Sequence record: PV467748.1
From: a phage
Reading direction: 5' to 3' (one strand)
DNA: 64,000 bases
Shown here: piece after piece, positions 1 to 9,606 of the stretch
How positions within the stretch are numbered: the stretch's first letter is position 1
Layout: each line of letters starts with the position of its first letter
Position numbers and translations under genes: made by a program
Notes under the pieces: model-generated
Told to the model about the DNA's origin: nothing
Databases searched by the model: none
The model's input: the letters and a program-made list of their open reading frames with translations, nothing else

Positions 1-642
1 TCAAACTTGGCTGCGAAACGAGCGTCCTGACCTTCACCACGAGCCCATAACAGTACATGGTAATCGGCAGGCATCATTTTCATATTAGTTTTGTTGATAA
101 TGAATTTGAATTCAGGGCCATCATGGTCTGCAACCACTAAGGAATACAATGGACGTGCCAGGTCCTTATCATCAACTTGTTTGTAGCCATTGATTACAAT
201 TTTACCATTGTCTACAGTAATAGCAAATGTATCAATACTCAGTCCAGAGGACACACGCATCAACTGTTGGTAATCTTCGGCTTTAAGGTCAAAAATAACT
301 TCAGCCACCGGGAACGGAATAGCTTTGCTTGGGAATGCAATTGTACTTGGGTCGGCAATAGGCCACTTAATAGTTGAACGTTGGTCTTTAATAATTAGAG
401 TGGTTTGGTCTTCACTTACCGAAACTTCAGCGCTATCAGATACCAATGACAGAATACTTAAGAAGCCGTTCAAATCATAGATTGCGGCTTCGATATCAAA
501 GGTATCACTTACAGTAGCTTCACCATAACTTGCACCCGTTACTGAACGAGTTAGAATAGTGTTACCAGGCTTAAGCATGATACCTGGGTTAATACTGGAG
601 AAGTTTTTCAGAATGGTCAGAGTTTCTTTAGAGAATTTCATA
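1..642 (-). CDS. 45: DNA polymerase sliding clamp gp45, N-terminal ~214 codons (gene runs off the window edge)
   Basis: Hand translation of the minus strand from the ATG near 642 gives MKFSKETLTILKNFSSINPGIMLKPG..., closely matching recalled T4 gp45; not in the ORF track because it has no stop in the window. Confidence 0.85.
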
Positions 643-665
643 ATGTTTCCTTATCAAGTCAAAAA

Positions 666-1079
666 TTAAGCAATAACGATCATTTGTTTACGAATGGATT
701 CAGGCAGAGATTTAATATACTCTGGAATCTGGGAAGCAACAATAGCACCGGCTTCAAGCAGTTGTTCGTCAAAATCTACGCAATAATCATCTTCGAGACG
801 TTCAGAACCATCACGGTCGATAACCAGTTTAGCACCTGCGGCCAATGAATCATTATAATGGCGACGCATAATTTCTACCCACTTATCAGATACGTCGTTA
901 TCAATGATACCGTAGAGCATGAACTTAGTTTCTTGTGGAAGAGACTGCAATCGACGTGCAGAGTCGGTATCAATATTCAGTACCCATGATTTACGGATAC
1001 GGTTTTGATTGTGTGGGTTGGAGTCAGTACGAATGGTTTTAACTTGGATATCTTTAACAGTAATAGCGTTAGCAAACAT
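666..1079 (-). CDS. small early protein in the rpbA position (RNA polymerase-binding protein A-like)
   Basis: Track ORF 666..1121 trimmed to the internal ATG (MFANAITVKD...); sits between genes 45 and 46 as rpbA does in T4. Identity is by position only. Confidence 0.4.
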   Translation of the reverse strand: MFANAITVKDIQVKTIRTDSNPHNQNRIRKSWVLNIDTDSARRLQSLPQETKFMLYGIIDNDVSDKWVEIMRRHYNDSLAAGAKLVIDRDGSERLEDDYCVDFDEQLLEAGAIVASQIPEYIKSLPESIRKQMIVIA

Positions 1080-1134
1080 AATATTTTCTCTCATTTGGTT
1101 GGTAGATGTATTATAAATCAATATTTTAAAGCAC

Positions 1135-1332
1135 TTAACGTTTAATCAAGTATTCATAAACGAACCAGGCAGGGTTCCTGTTCGACATGATTCTATCATA
1201 CTCTGACTTAAAAGCATTTCGGAGATAATCTTCAGTAACAAGATGTTCGTCTCCAGAGAAGTTGTTAACTAAAACATACCGCTTTAGTTCAGGAACGGCC
1301 AACAAATGCTGGCCTGTTATAAAATCACTCAT
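1135..1332 (-). CDS. hypothetical small protein (gene 45.2 position)
   Basis: Track ORF of 65 aa between 45 and 46; its start overlaps the gp46 stop. Confidence 0.4.
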   Translation of the reverse strand: MSDFITGQHLLAVPELKRYVLVNNFSGDEHLVTEDYLRNAFKSEYDRIMSNRNPAWFVYEYLIKR

Positions 1333-3011
1333 TCCATCACCGTGAATCGTCCAACTTTCTTCATTTGAAGATGTTGGCCATAAGCTTGTGGGTCATGGTC
1401 TCGGTGAGAGATAATGAACACGTTCGTATCTTCAAGGCTATTCAAGATGGTTGCAATGCTCTTAACACCCTCGGCGTCAGTAGCACTGTCAAAAACTTCA
1501 TCAAGAATTAATGTGCTGATATTAACACCGGATACCTTTGAAGCAATATCACGCCAGGTAAAAAGTAGTGCGATATCAATACGTGCTTTCTCACCCTGTG
1601 AAAATGAAGCATAACTAAAGTCTTCACGTCCACGTGATTTAATCGTCTCATTGAATTCTTCGTCTAGGGTAAAGACGTAGTCGGCTTCCATAATCTTCAA
1701 ATAAGAATTTATCTGCTTATTAAAGATAGGAATGTATTTCTTAATAATGGAACCTTTAATACCGGTATCCTTCAACATTTCTGTTAGAATTCCACGATGA
1801 TATTTTTCCATTACCAATGTGGATTTGGTAGAGACGATTTTATCAAGCTCTGCTTGAAGCGTGGCAATCTCTTCGGCATTACTTACAAACTCTGCAGCTG
1901 CTTGGTCTATTAATACTTTAACCTTTTTAGCCTTCTCAACAGCAGTAACAGCTTGTTGCTTATGAGTAGCTATCTGGGATTTAATAGCCAGCGCTTTATT
2001 ACGTTGCTCAGTTACTTGGTCTTTAATAAGTTTGAGCTCTTGGTATTGCTCATTAATCTTATCCAAAGATTTTTGAAGCTCAAAGTTTTTATCCTTAATT
2101 TTAGTAAGGATATTACCATGCTCTTCTAACCCTTGCATACACGTAGGACAGCTGCCACCAGTTTCGTATAATTTCACGACCTTAGTAAAGGTTGCCATAT
2201 CATTCTTGATTGCAAACCCTTTATTGCTCAGGTCACTCATGGAGTCGCTAGGGTCATCGTCGACAATGACATTGAGTAATTCATCAGTTAGTTTTTCTAT
2301 ATTGCCCTTCGCAGTCCTGGCTTCTTTAACGAGCTCATCATACATTAATTGTAGTCGTGCCGCGTTCTCGCCGGATAATTTACGCTGACGCTCTTCGTTG
2401 TCATTATAAATTTTAATCTGTTGGGTAATAGAATCCTGTTTAACGTCTATTACCTGGATTTGGCTATTAGTCTCACGAATCAGAGATTTGTTCAACTTAT
2501 CCATATCCGCTAATACAGAAACCTCTAAAAGGTCTTCCACCAGCTTTCGACGCGCTGGGGTTGACAAACCCATGAAGGGGGTATACCCTGCCGTGCCAAG
2601 AACGACAATCTGTTTGAAGCTTGCATAGGACATTCCGATAAGCTGTTCAAATTCTGCTTGGAAGTCTTTACTGCTGGCAGATTCATCAAGACGTTCACCG
2701 CCACAAGAGATTTCAAAAACGTTCGGTTTTTGCCCACGTTTGATGTAGTATTCTTTGTCGTCATATTCCATCCACAGTTCGACCAAAAGGTCTTTCTTGT
2801 TACTTGAGTTAATTAATTGCCCTTTCTTAACATCACGAAAAGGCTTACCGAACAGAGCAAATGTAACAGCTTCAAGGAACGTAGATTTCCCTGCACCATT
2901 TTTACCTGTGACTAAGGTCTTTTGGACCTTATCAAGTTGGATTGTAATAGGCTGCTGGCCTACTGACATGATATTTTTATACGTTACTTTCTTTAACTTA
3001 AAAGTCTTCAT
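1329..3011 (-). CDS. 46: recombination endonuclease subunit gp46 (SbcC/Rad50-like ATPase)
   Basis: 560-aa track ORF with Walker A GKNGAGKST, long coiled-coil middle and C-terminal LILDEVFD motif; same length as T4 gp46; followed by gp47. Confidence 0.9.
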   Translation of the reverse strand: MKTFKLKKVTYKNIMSVGQQPITIQLDKVQKTLVTGKNGAGKSTFLEAVTFALFGKPFRDVKKGQLINSSNKKDLLVELWMEYDDKEYYIKRGQKPNVFEISCGGERLDESASSKDFQAEFEQLIGMSYASFKQIVVLGTAGYTPFMGLSTPARRKLVEDLLEVSVLADMDKLNKSLIRETNSQIQVIDVKQDSITQQIKIYNDNEERQRKLSGENAARLQLMYDELVKEARTAKGNIEKLTDELLNVIVDDDPSDSMSDLSNKGFAIKNDMATFTKVVKLYETGGSCPTCMQGLEEHGNILTKIKDKNFELQKSLDKINEQYQELKLIKDQVTEQRNKALAIKSQIATHKQQAVTAVEKAKKVKVLIDQAAAEFVSNAEEIATLQAELDKIVSTKSTLVMEKYHRGILTEMLKDTGIKGSIIKKYIPIFNKQINSYLKIMEADYVFTLDEEFNETIKSRGREDFSYASFSQGEKARIDIALLFTWRDIASKVSGVNISTLILDEVFDSATDAEGVKSIATILNSLEDTNVFIISHRDHDPQAYGQHLQMKKVGRFTVME

Positions 3012-3232
3012 GTATTGTTCTCACGAATTGTTTGTTCGGCATATTCTAGCATTTCTTCGGAAGAAGCAAACACGTCGTCAAGTTCCATGGCCCATGAAAC
3101 ACCTTCAGAATATTCAGAAGTGACATACATAGTTCCGGTATACCAAGAACCATCCACGTCCCATTCTACATTACCAAACCAGCCATCGCCAATATGAAAA
3201 TCATGTTTATACATTTTCATCATTATAAGCAT
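3008..3232 (-). CDS. hypothetical protein (gene 46.1 position)
   Basis: 74-aa track ORF between 47 and 46 with overlapping stop/start. Confidence 0.45.
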   Translation of the reverse strand: MLIMMKMYKHDFHIGDGWFGNVEWDVDGSWYTGTMYVTSEYSEGVSWAMELDDVFASSEEMLEYAEQTIRENNT

Positions 3233-3470
3233 CCTTGATGCATGATTCAGCCATATGAATTAATGTTTCTGGAGTATCATCTACCATTACATTAAAGCTA
3301 AATTCTACAGCCCAATCAGTGGCAACATAAACTTTAATAAGCTCGTTGGTATCACGAGTGCTCACGGCTTCAAACCAGAACTTAATAATACTCGTTTGTC
3401 CATCGTCATCAATAACTGTGCAGTCATGCTCCAGTTCAAGTCCTGATTTTTTGAATTCATCTAAAGTCAT
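3207..3470 (-). CDS. hypothetical protein (gene 46.2 position)
   Basis: 87-aa track ORF; its start overlaps the gp47 stop. Confidence 0.45.
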   Translation of the reverse strand: MTLDEFKKSGLELEHDCTVIDDDGQTSIIKFWFEAVSTRDTNELIKVYVATDWAVEFSFNVMVDDTPETLIHMAESCIKDAYNDENV

Positions 3471-4489
3471 CGTGTAACCTCATTATAAAGTTGTGCAGCC
3501 ATAGTCTTAAGGGCTTTAACATCGTCTTCGGTGTGACCATCAGGAAGGGCATCGATATAATCATACATCATATCCAAGAGGGACTTAACTTCATCTTCCT
3601 CTTCAGAATCATCGATATCAACGCTGTTATCTACCTTAGACACAATACGTAAAGAGTGAACAACCTTTTCAAGTTCAGATTCGAACTTGGTAAGCCCGTC
3701 ATCAATTTTATCGACTATAACACGAACCGCAATATTTGTAAAATCTTTGTAATCGATAGTCGCATTCGGGTAATGAATCTTACGATGCCAACAGGTTTCA
3801 TTGATGATGAAATCCATTTTATGCGTTTCTGTATCGAAAATCCAGAAGCCACGAGGGTCGTTCTCATCACCGGCAGTTAGGGTCCATGGCGTACCAATAT
3901 ACTTAACGTTTGCCGCATCAGAAATGGTGTGGAAGTGGCCAGACCATACTTGCTTATACTTCTTAAGGAAATCAGGTTCTAAACCATGTGATTTCATTCC
4001 TTTATAGAAATAGAAACCATTTAATTCCCAGTGGCCAATACAGAAATCTGCTGTAGTATTTTTGATATGGTCCATGATATCGGTCGTGTTTTCTTCACAC
4101 ATCCATGGAATCAAATCAATTTCGGTGCCATCAAAGTTAACCGTAGTAGGTTTTTCAATAACCTTGATATGGTCGTATTTACCCAGAACTTCAGAAGCCG
4201 CGTTCGGCGTCAGGGTGTTTTTGTAGTGCATATCATGGTTGCCAACGATAGTATACATGGTAATGCCGTTGGCTTTAAGCAAATCAGAGATTTCGCGAGC
4301 GAATTCCATACACTTATGGGTAATTGCTTTACGAACGTCAAAGATATCACCGTATTGAATCCATACAGTAATGCCATTTGCTTTAGAATAATTAATAGCG
4401 TCTTGGATACCTTGACGTTGGATATTTTGTACCCACACATCATCGGCCTTCACTCCAAGGTGCCAGTCACCTGTGTTTAATATTTTCAT
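3467..4489 (-). CDS. 47: recombination nuclease subunit gp47 (SbcD/Mre11-like phosphoesterase)
   Basis: Track ORF 3467..4516 begins at a TTG; the first ATG gives MKILNTGDWHLGVKADD...GNHDMHYKN, near-identical to recalled T4 gp47, with calcineurin-like phosphoesterase motifs. Confidence 0.9.
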   Translation of the reverse strand: MKILNTGDWHLGVKADDVWVQNIQRQGIQDAINYSKANGITVWIQYGDIFDVRKAITHKCMEFAREISDLLKANGITMYTIVGNHDMHYKNTLTPNAASEVLGKYDHIKVIEKPTTVNFDGTEIDLIPWMCEENTTDIMDHIKNTTADFCIGHWELNGFYFYKGMKSHGLEPDFLKKYKQVWSGHFHTISDAANVKYIGTPWTLTAGDENDPRGFWIFDTETHKMDFIINETCWHRKIHYPNATIDYKDFTNIAVRVIVDKIDDGLTKFESELEKVVHSLRIVSKVDNSVDIDDSEEEDEVKSLLDMMYDYIDALPDGHTEDDVKALKTMAAQLYNEVTR

Positions 4490-4629
4490 AAGCCAAGCAC
4501 CGTTATTGCAATGCAAAATAAAATTATTGAAATGACCCCGTCAGGAGTGGAAAAGAATCCTATCCAACAAGCTCGTGTGAATGTGTAGAATGCCATGAAT
4601 AACACGACATATCCTAAAAGTAGTTCCAT
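4486..4629 (-). CDS. small hydrophobic peptide (47 aa), translationally coupled to gene 47
   Basis: Hand translation: MELLLGYVVLFMAFYTFTRACWIGFFSTPDGVISIILFCIAITVLGL; SD GAGGAGA 5 nt upstream; stop overlaps the gp47 ATG (ATGA). Below the track length cutoff. Confidence 0.45.
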   Translation of the reverse strand: MELLLGYVVLFMAFYTFTRACWIGFFSTPDGVISIILFCIAITVLGL

Positions 4630-4671
4630 ATGTTCTCCTCAGTTGGTTCATTTTATCATCCGAATATAAAG

Positions 4672-4692
4672 CAAAAAAGGAGCCTAAGCTCC
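4672..4692 (-). terminator. intrinsic-terminator-like hairpin (GGAGC-TTAG-GCTCC then U-run on minus strand)
   Basis: Plus sequence caaaaaaggagcctaagctcc read on the minus strand gives stem-loop followed by TTTTTTG. Confidence 0.45.
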
Positions 4693-4857
4693 TTTACCAA
4701 CTAATACACCATACAGAGGTTCATGAGAAGACCTGAACTTAATAGGCTTATATGTAATAGTACCTTCGTTTTCTGCTTTAATACGAGCGGCTTCAAATTT
4801 AAGAATCATCTCGTTTTTGTCAGATTTAATCTTATCAAAATCCATCGAATTCGTCAT
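4687..4857 (-). CDS. hypothetical small protein (56 aa)
   Basis: Hand translation MTNSMDFDKIKSDKNEMILKFEAARIKAENEGTITYKPIKFRSSHEPLYGVLVGKGA with SD AAGAGG 8 nt upstream; stop sits in the terminator hairpin; below the track cutoff. Confidence 0.35.
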
Positions 4858-5099
4858 TCATACGACCTCTTAAACTTTTTCGTATTCGTCATTCATTAGC
4901 CTGCAGTCCATGTTATCATCGCTGCCACCATTTCTTAAGTTGATGCGAATCTACCCAAACCTTGGCTACGGGCTCAATCCGAAAAATTCCATCGGAATAC
5001 TGGCCGACCATTTTGTATTCGGTTTCGGACTGCTTAATACAGATATTACCGTATGAGCGAAGTCTAAAGGCGGCTCCAATAAGAAGCCGTTTAAAGGGT

Positions 5100-5411
5100 T
5101 TATTTACTAGAGCCATTGACGATTTCCCAAATTTGTTTGCGGGTAGATTCCCACATCAATTGAACAAGTTCATCAGTAACAGGTTGACGGTAAATACCAC
5201 GTAATTTAATTAAAGCGTACTTATATGCTTCAAAGTTGTTTTCAAGTACAGCGCCTTGGGCATGGAGATTTAAACGACGGATTTCACGAGCATTCTTCTT
5301 AAGAATCTTAGCCGCTTGCGAATTAGCTTCTTTAATATTGTGCTCTTCTAAACGTTGCTGGGCTTCTTCAATTTGCTCATCAGTCAATTGAGAAATGTCA
5401 TGGCTTTGCAT
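5100..5411 (-). CDS. hypothetical protein (103 aa, helical, K/E-rich)
   Basis: Track ORF with SD AAAGGA upstream of the ATG; lies between 55 and 47 where T4 has a-gt and 47.1. Confidence 0.5.
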   Translation of the reverse strand: MQSHDISQLTDEQIEEAQQRLEEHNIKEANSQAAKILKKNAREIRRLNLHAQGAVLENNFEAYKYALIKLRGIYRQPVTDELVQLMWESTRKQIWEIVNGSSK

Positions 5412-5412
5412 A

Positions 5413-5643
5413 TTAATCCTTTGGAGTCAATTCAATAGTGAAGTAGAAATTAGCGTTCTCAACATGATAACGATAATCTACGTTATTGTCAGGAGAAGTG
5501 AATTCAATATTCCTGACGTTAAGTGGGTCAATATCAATAGGAAGACCTTTAACATCCCGTAATATCAATTTAATAAAATAAGGGAGTGCTTCGAAGTCTT
5601 CCATTCCATCTAAAAGTGGAGTGATATTAATCTGATGTTCCAT
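5413..5643 (-). CDS. hypothetical protein
   Basis: Track ORF 5413..5679 starts at GTG inside the gp55 3' end; the first ATG gives [11 protein letters not shown]...; weak RBS. Confidence 0.3.
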   Translation of the reverse strand: MEHQINITPLLDGMEDFEALPYFIKLILRDVKGLPIDIDPLNVRNIEFTSPDNNVDYRYHVENANFYFTIELTPKD

Positions 5644-6184
5644 ATAAAAAATCCAGTTCACCAACTTTAGGTTCGGCACTCTTATCAGACCCTGGTGCTT
5701 TAGTTAAAGAGGTTTCATACTGTGTCATTTTATCGTAGATATCTTGGATAAAGGTTTCATCTGCAATACCTACCATATCGTCATCATTACTGTCGTAGAC
5801 ATTATGGACGAAGTAGCTATATTTCTTTGCCATTTCTTTACGTTCTTTTTTGATACGCTGAACGAAGGCATTAAAACAAGCCATAGTGATATATGCATGT
5901 GGGTTGTCGTATTTTGTTTCGTCGAAGTTGTGAAGACCTTTAATAGAAGCTTCGATTCCATCAGAAATCATTTCTTGCTTCCAGGATTGGGTATATCCTG
6001 AGAAGTTGAAACGTTTACTTAGTCCTTCAGCAATGAGCATAATAGCCAAGCCTATAACGTCGTTCTGACGAACTATTTTATTTGGATCGGTATTTTCTCT
6101 GAGCTCTGTTTTCCATTGGGTAATAGCTTTCAGAAGCTCCTTATTATTTACATAATTATTTTTAGTCAGTTTAATTTCGGTCAT
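5627..6184 (-). CDS. 55: late-transcription sigma factor gp55
   Basis: 185-aa track [31 protein letters not shown]...[12 protein letters not shown]... closely matching recalled T4 gp55 in sequence and length. Confidence 0.9.
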   Translation of the reverse strand: MTEIKLTKNNYVNNKELLKAITQWKTELRENTDPNKIVRQNDVIGLAIMLIAEGLSKRFNFSGYTQSWKQEMISDGIEASIKGLHNFDETKYDNPHAYITMACFNAFVQRIKKERKEMAKKYSYFVHNVYDSNDDDMVGIADETFIQDIYDKMTQYETSLTKAPGSDKSAEPKVGELDFLYGTSD

Positions 6185-6250
6185 TGTTACCTCAGATAAC
6201 TCAAATCATAGGTCTATTATATCATGGTATTTGAAGACCCGTTTAAAGCA

Positions 6251-6514
6251 TCAACGGAGTAAGCAATAAGCCTGAAATACGGTTTCAAGGATTTGTATGA
6301 ACTCGGAATAAGAAATTGTATCAGTACATCCATGTTCAGACATATATCCACAAAATTCTTTAAAAAGACCTGGATATTCACGATGGTTGTATTTGGAAAT
6401 ATGAGACTTCCATACTAAAGAAGTCTCACCACAAACAAACTCAACATCCATACAGTTATCTATTAAGAAAAATCCGAGACCTTCATAAGCGAGGGTGGTG
6501 GATACGGGTTTCAT
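6251..6514 (-). CDS. hypothetical protein (87 aa)
   Basis: Track ORF in the gene-dense minus-strand early block (T4 55.x region). Confidence 0.45.
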   Translation of the reverse strand: MKPVSTTLAYEGLGFFLIDNCMDVEFVCGETSLVWKSHISKYNHREYPGLFKEFCGYMSEHGCTDTISYSEFIQILETVFQAYCLLR

Positions 6515-6777
6515 TGTAGGAATCGAGCTCCTTCTAATGCATCATCAAGATTATCAAACTCATCGACGTAATCAATACCGCCAACTTCATCTTTAGCGTA
6601 TAGCCAGTACCGTTTAAATTCATATTCGATAATAAAGTGGGCACCTTCAATCTGGAGAACCCCATCACCATTAAATTGGACTGCATAACCTGTAAAGCGG
6701 ACATCATCCAGGAGTTCTTCTTTCATAGCAATCATTTCCAAGTTTTTATCGTAATTAGAGAGTTTTATTTTAATCAT
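6511..6777 (-). CDS. hypothetical protein (88 aa)
   Basis: Track ORF; stop/start overlaps with neighbours. Confidence 0.45.
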   Translation of the reverse strand: MIKIKLSNYDKNLEMIAMKEELLDDVRFTGYAVQFNGDGVLQIEGAHFIIEYEFKRYWLYAKDEVGGIDYVDEFDNLDDALEGARFLQ

Positions 6778-7103
6778 TTCGCAGCCTTAACAATTTTCAG
6801 GTCAACGAATTTTTTCTTACGTTGGTTTTTCATGCGGCGGATAGTTTTATCCGTAATTTCACCTGGCTGCCAAGCTTTAGATTCAACACCAAAGGCGGCC
6901 ACATCAAACTCGTCGAGAATATATTGAACCAGGATTTCACGAATACCATTCTTACCAATTTTCTGGTCTTTAGAATGCATAATTGGTAACAGTTCAGCAA
7001 CCCATTGGTCGAGAATTTCAGGAGTCACAAAACCTGTATTCATCAGTTCGTTTACTTTATCGAAAGCGAAAGAGTTCAGTACGTTTTTGATTGCTTGTGA
7101 CAT
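6774..7103 (-). CDS. hypothetical protein (109 aa) with MSQAI N-terminus
   Basis: Track ORF 6774..7265 trimmed to the ATG preceded by CTGAGGAAATTATT; the N-terminal extension in the track covers promoter sequence. Confidence 0.5.
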   Translation of the reverse strand: MSQAIKNVLNSFAFDKVNELMNTGFVTPEILDQWVAELLPIMHSKDQKIGKNGIREILVQYILDEFDVAAFGVESKAWQPGEITDKTIRRMKNQRKKKFVDLKIVKAAK

Positions 7104-7175
7104 AATAATTTCCTCAGTTTTAAATTTATAATCCGTAGGACCATTATACTCTGGTCCCAAGAGTTTGTAAACTAT
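7104..7175 (-). promoter_or_regulatory. early-type promoter plus conserved leader (GTTTAC -35, ~18-bp spacer, TATAAT then GGTCCTACGG, SD GAGGAAATTATT)
   Basis: Minus-strand read: TAGTTTACAAACTCTTGGGACCAGAGTATAATGGTCCTACGG...CTGAGGAAATTATTATG; leader shared with the gene starting at 14376. Confidence 0.5.
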
Positions 7176-7372
7176 TTTTGTGCTTTGGCGCCTTTCCAAC
7201 CTTCGTACATCATTGCTGCGGAAATTAACAAAGCACCTGAGCAACTTGAATATTTGTGATTCCAAAACCAGTTCAGAAAAACTTCGTCATCAATACCTTG
7301 GGCTATCATATTTTCAAAGAACTGACGACGAGATTCGGCGATTCGCTGTGATAATTTAGATTCAGGATTCAT
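7172..7372 (-). CDS. hypothetical protein (66 aa)
   Basis: Track ORF 7172..7465 trimmed to the ATG preceded by GCTGAGGAAAAT. Confidence 0.4.
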   Translation of the reverse strand: MNPESKLSQRIAESRRQFFENMIAQGIDDEVFLNWFWNHKYSSCSGALLISAAMMYEGWKGAKAQK

Positions 7373-7379
7373 ATTTTCC

Positions 7380-7673
7380 TCAGCTATATCGATAACACTC
7401 GTTTGATTTACGTTTTGCAACTTGATGAGAAGTATTGTAATCAGGTTCATCGTCGTTGTAAACATCTTTTTTCAGCTTTCTCACTTCTTTACGAAGCTGG
7501 CGATTCATTTCATTCTTAACTTCAGAATCAACACCGCGCATACGTTTCCACTTGTCAGAACGGAAGATATTTTCTTCAACTCGTTCCTGACTTACGCCGT
7601 CAGGCGCTTTACGGCGTCCGGAATAATAAAAATCTTTTACAGACAATTCTTTACGACGAATAGTTTTACCCAT
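7380..7673 (-). CDS. hypothetical basic protein (97 aa)
   Basis: Track ORF with SD GAGGT upstream; K/R-rich. Confidence 0.45.
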   Translation of the reverse strand: MGKTIRRKELSVKDFYYSGRRKAPDGVSQERVEENIFRSDKWKRMRGVDSEVKNEMNRQLRKEVRKLKKDVYNDDEPDYNTSHQVAKRKSNECYRYS

Positions 7674-7675
7674 AG

Positions 7676-7930
7676 TTACCTCAGCAGTTTGTATCCAATA
7701 AGATGTTTAATGTACTGGATATCTTTGATATCCAAATCCAACTTAAGGTCTTTCAGACGGTCGGCCAGGGTCAAAAAGGTTACATGCTTCCAATTCTTAA
7801 CAGGACAGCAATAAGTTTTAGGGCCGTTGGCGATTTCAATATTCTTATCAGTGACGGTGAGAAAAATCAGGCGCTCATCATCCAGATTAAGGGTGACGAC
7901 ATTTTTCATTGAATGTAATTTCAGGCTCAT
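7676..7930 (-). CDS. hypothetical protein (84 aa)
   Basis: Track ORF with SD AAGGAAA upstream. Confidence 0.45.
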   Translation of the reverse strand: MSLKLHSMKNVVTLNLDDERLIFLTVTDKNIEIANGPKTYCCPVKNWKHVTFLTLADRLKDLKLDLDIKDIQYIKHLIGYKLLR

Positions 7931-8109
7931 AATTTGATTTCCTTAGCTATTGAACAAAACACGCTACGGTCACATACCATCATTGGAATATTTCTATGGT
8001 CCAGTACACGATACCATACGTCTGAATCGCTAGCAGCAATTACACGAACCGCACGCCCATTTACCAAATAATACTGGTCGGCTTTAATTTCTTTATCTTG
8101 GATAGTCAT
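7927..8109 (-). CDS. hypothetical protein (60 aa)
   Basis: Track ORF directly downstream of the promoter cassette at 8114-8168, SD GAGGAG. Confidence 0.45.
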   Translation of the reverse strand: MTIQDKEIKADQYYLVNGRAVRVIAASDSDVWYRVLDHRNIPMMVCDRSVFCSIAKEIKL

Positions 8110-8113
8110 AATG

Positions 8114-8168
8114 TTCTCCTCATGTGTTGATAGGATAGACTATAACACGTGAGGAGAGGAAGTAAACA
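8114..8168 (-). promoter_or_regulatory. early promoter cassette (PeSL-like): -35 GTTTAC, 17-bp spacer, -10 TATAGT, inverted-repeat arms ctcctcatgtg/cacgtgaggag enclosing the SD
   Basis: Plus sequence ctcctcatgtgttgataggatagactataacacgtgaggagaggaagtaaacac; member of the repeated family. Confidence 0.6.
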
Positions 8169-8486
8169 CTAATCTTCAATTAAATCTTGGTCATAACCAA
8201 GTTCAATCAAAAGTGACTTAAAGGCAGGAATATTTTCTATTTTCTTATTATCGACAAATATGACAGGATAGCGTATCGCTAAGCTCTTGAAGCCTGCACG
8301 TTTGGCCAATGATACTATAAGAGGCTTGTCATATACTGCGCCTGACAGCGTCTGGTTAATCACAGGATAGAAAGTATGTGGGATAGAAAGGGAATTTAGG
8401 AGCGATAGAACAGCAATGCACCCTGGACAGCGCATGACTGTCTCAGGGATACCGTAAATCTCAATTTTAGTTAACTTTTGGTCCAC
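8169..8486 (-). CDS. nrdH: glutaredoxin/thioredoxin-like redoxin (NrdH-like)
   Basis: 105-aa track ORF with CPGC active-site motif near the N-terminus; lies between 55 and 49 where T4 carries nrdH. Confidence 0.6.
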   Translation of the reverse strand: MDQKLTKIEIYGIPETVMRCPGCIAVLSLLNSLSIPHTFYPVINQTLSGAVYDKPLIVSLAKRAGFKSLAIRYPVIFVDNKKIENIPAFKSLLIELGYDQDLIED

Positions 8487-8763
8487 AGGAAATAACTCCT
8501 TGGTAGTCCCAGGTTTTTAGAACTTCGTCTTCATTAGTTCCGTACGGAACGTAAATCTGGATAAGGAACCCGGTATCATCAAAAGAGAAGTAGACAGTAG
8601 GTTTAATACCATGAATCTCTGACAGAGCATAGATGTCCTTGAGGTCTTCTTCCTTATCTTTAAAGAATTCTTGGTTCAGGTCACAGTCATGGAAGTACCA
8701 ATCATCACCAAACTTGTCCCATGCGGCCCAATTCAAAGCTACATATTCTTCAAAACGTTTCAT
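8467..8763 (-). CDS. hypothetical protein (98 aa)
   Basis: Track ORF. Confidence 0.45.
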   Translation of the reverse strand: MKRFEEYVALNWAAWDKFGDDWYFHDCDLNQEFFKDKEEDLKDIYALSEIHGIKPTVYFSFDDTGFLIQIYVPYGTNEDEVLKTWDYQGVISCGPKVN

Positions 8764-8975
8764 TCTTTCACCTTCATCATTTTTACTATAACACTATGAA
8801 CAGCCTGGATTCGTTTGTTGAACTCAGACCCTTCAAGACCCTTTTCAGTACTCAGAGCACCAATAATCACGAACAGCAATCCAAACGGAATAGCCAGGAT
8901 TAAAAGGCACACGATAAACAGAACCAATGTAATATTGGCCAGGATATCAGAAACAGCATTACGAAATTTATTCAT
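8760..8975 (-). CDS. small membrane protein
   Basis: Track ORF 8760..8987 trimmed to ATG (MNKFRNAVSDILANITLVLFIVCLLILAIPFGLLFVIIGAL...); one or two predicted TM helices. Confidence 0.4.
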   Translation of the reverse strand: MNKFRNAVSDILANITLVLFIVCLLILAIPFGLLFVIIGALSTEKGLEGSEFNKRIQAVHSVIVKMMKVKE

Positions 8976-9096
8976 TAAAGAACCCACATATTAGTTACAA
9001 CAAATAACCATTGGGCAGGATACTCAACACCCATAATACGCACTGCATCGTTCAGAGATTCGGCTAAAGCATAAAATGTGTAGCCATAAAAATTAA

Positions 9097-9570
9097 TCAT
9101 TTAAGCGATTTCCTCAGTTGTTTTTTAAATGAACCGACCATTTGTTTCTTTGTGTCAGATTCATTATAAGTCATTCCATGTGAAAGCATTTCAGCAATCA
9201 TTTCTTCCTTACCTAATCTACTGAACTCTTTGGTTTTATCAGTTACAAAGGTAGGGTGAATAGGATTCTTGGAGCAATCATTCTCGAGGTACGCAACTAG
9301 ATTTTTAAGACACTCGAGGTAGTCGTTGCCACGACCTTTAAGACCAGAGCGTACAAATTGGTGTCTGCTGCGTCCTTCCCAGGCGTTACAAAGATTACAG
9401 AGCAACCCACGAACTCGTCCGGCTTGTGGCCCTTCTAAATCATGAGAGTGGTCTAAGTGGTTACTTTGAACATCCGTATTTAGATGTTGTTTACATACTA
9501 AACACAAGCCCTGTTGGTCTTTGTACATCTGTTCTTTTTGTTCTTTATAAAGCTTGCCAGTCAACAACAT
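9097..9570 (-). CDS. 49: endonuclease VII (Holliday-junction resolvase) gp49
   Basis: 157-aa track ORF MLLTGKLYKEQKEQ...GLLCNLCNAWEG...SFKKQLRKSLK matching recalled T4 gp49 in sequence and exact length. Confidence 0.88.
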   Translation of the reverse strand: MLLTGKLYKEQKEQMYKDQQGLCLVCKQHLNTDVQSNHLDHSHDLEGPQAGRVRGLLCNLCNAWEGRSRHQFVRSGLKGRGNDYLECLKNLVAYLENDCSKNPIHPTFVTDKTKEFSRLGKEEMIAEMLSHGMTYNESDTKKQMVGSFKKQLRKSLK

Positions 9571-9606
9571 AATAAAACCCTTACCATTATTAGATAAGGG
9601 TATTTA

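Noticed and set aside
177-4480. Plus-strand track ORFs overlapping genes 45, 46 and 47 (177..377, 1414..1614, 2206..2388, 2755..3123, 3656..3880, 3801..4007, 4031..4480 and others)
   Set aside because: They lie antisense within well-supported minus-strand genes with strong T4 similarity and lack RBS context; most likely spurious.
4916-5204. Overlapping track ORFs 4916..5116 (minus) and 4962..5204 (plus)
   Set aside because: No convincing RBS for either and both overlap the 3' end of the 5100..5411 gene; left uncalled.
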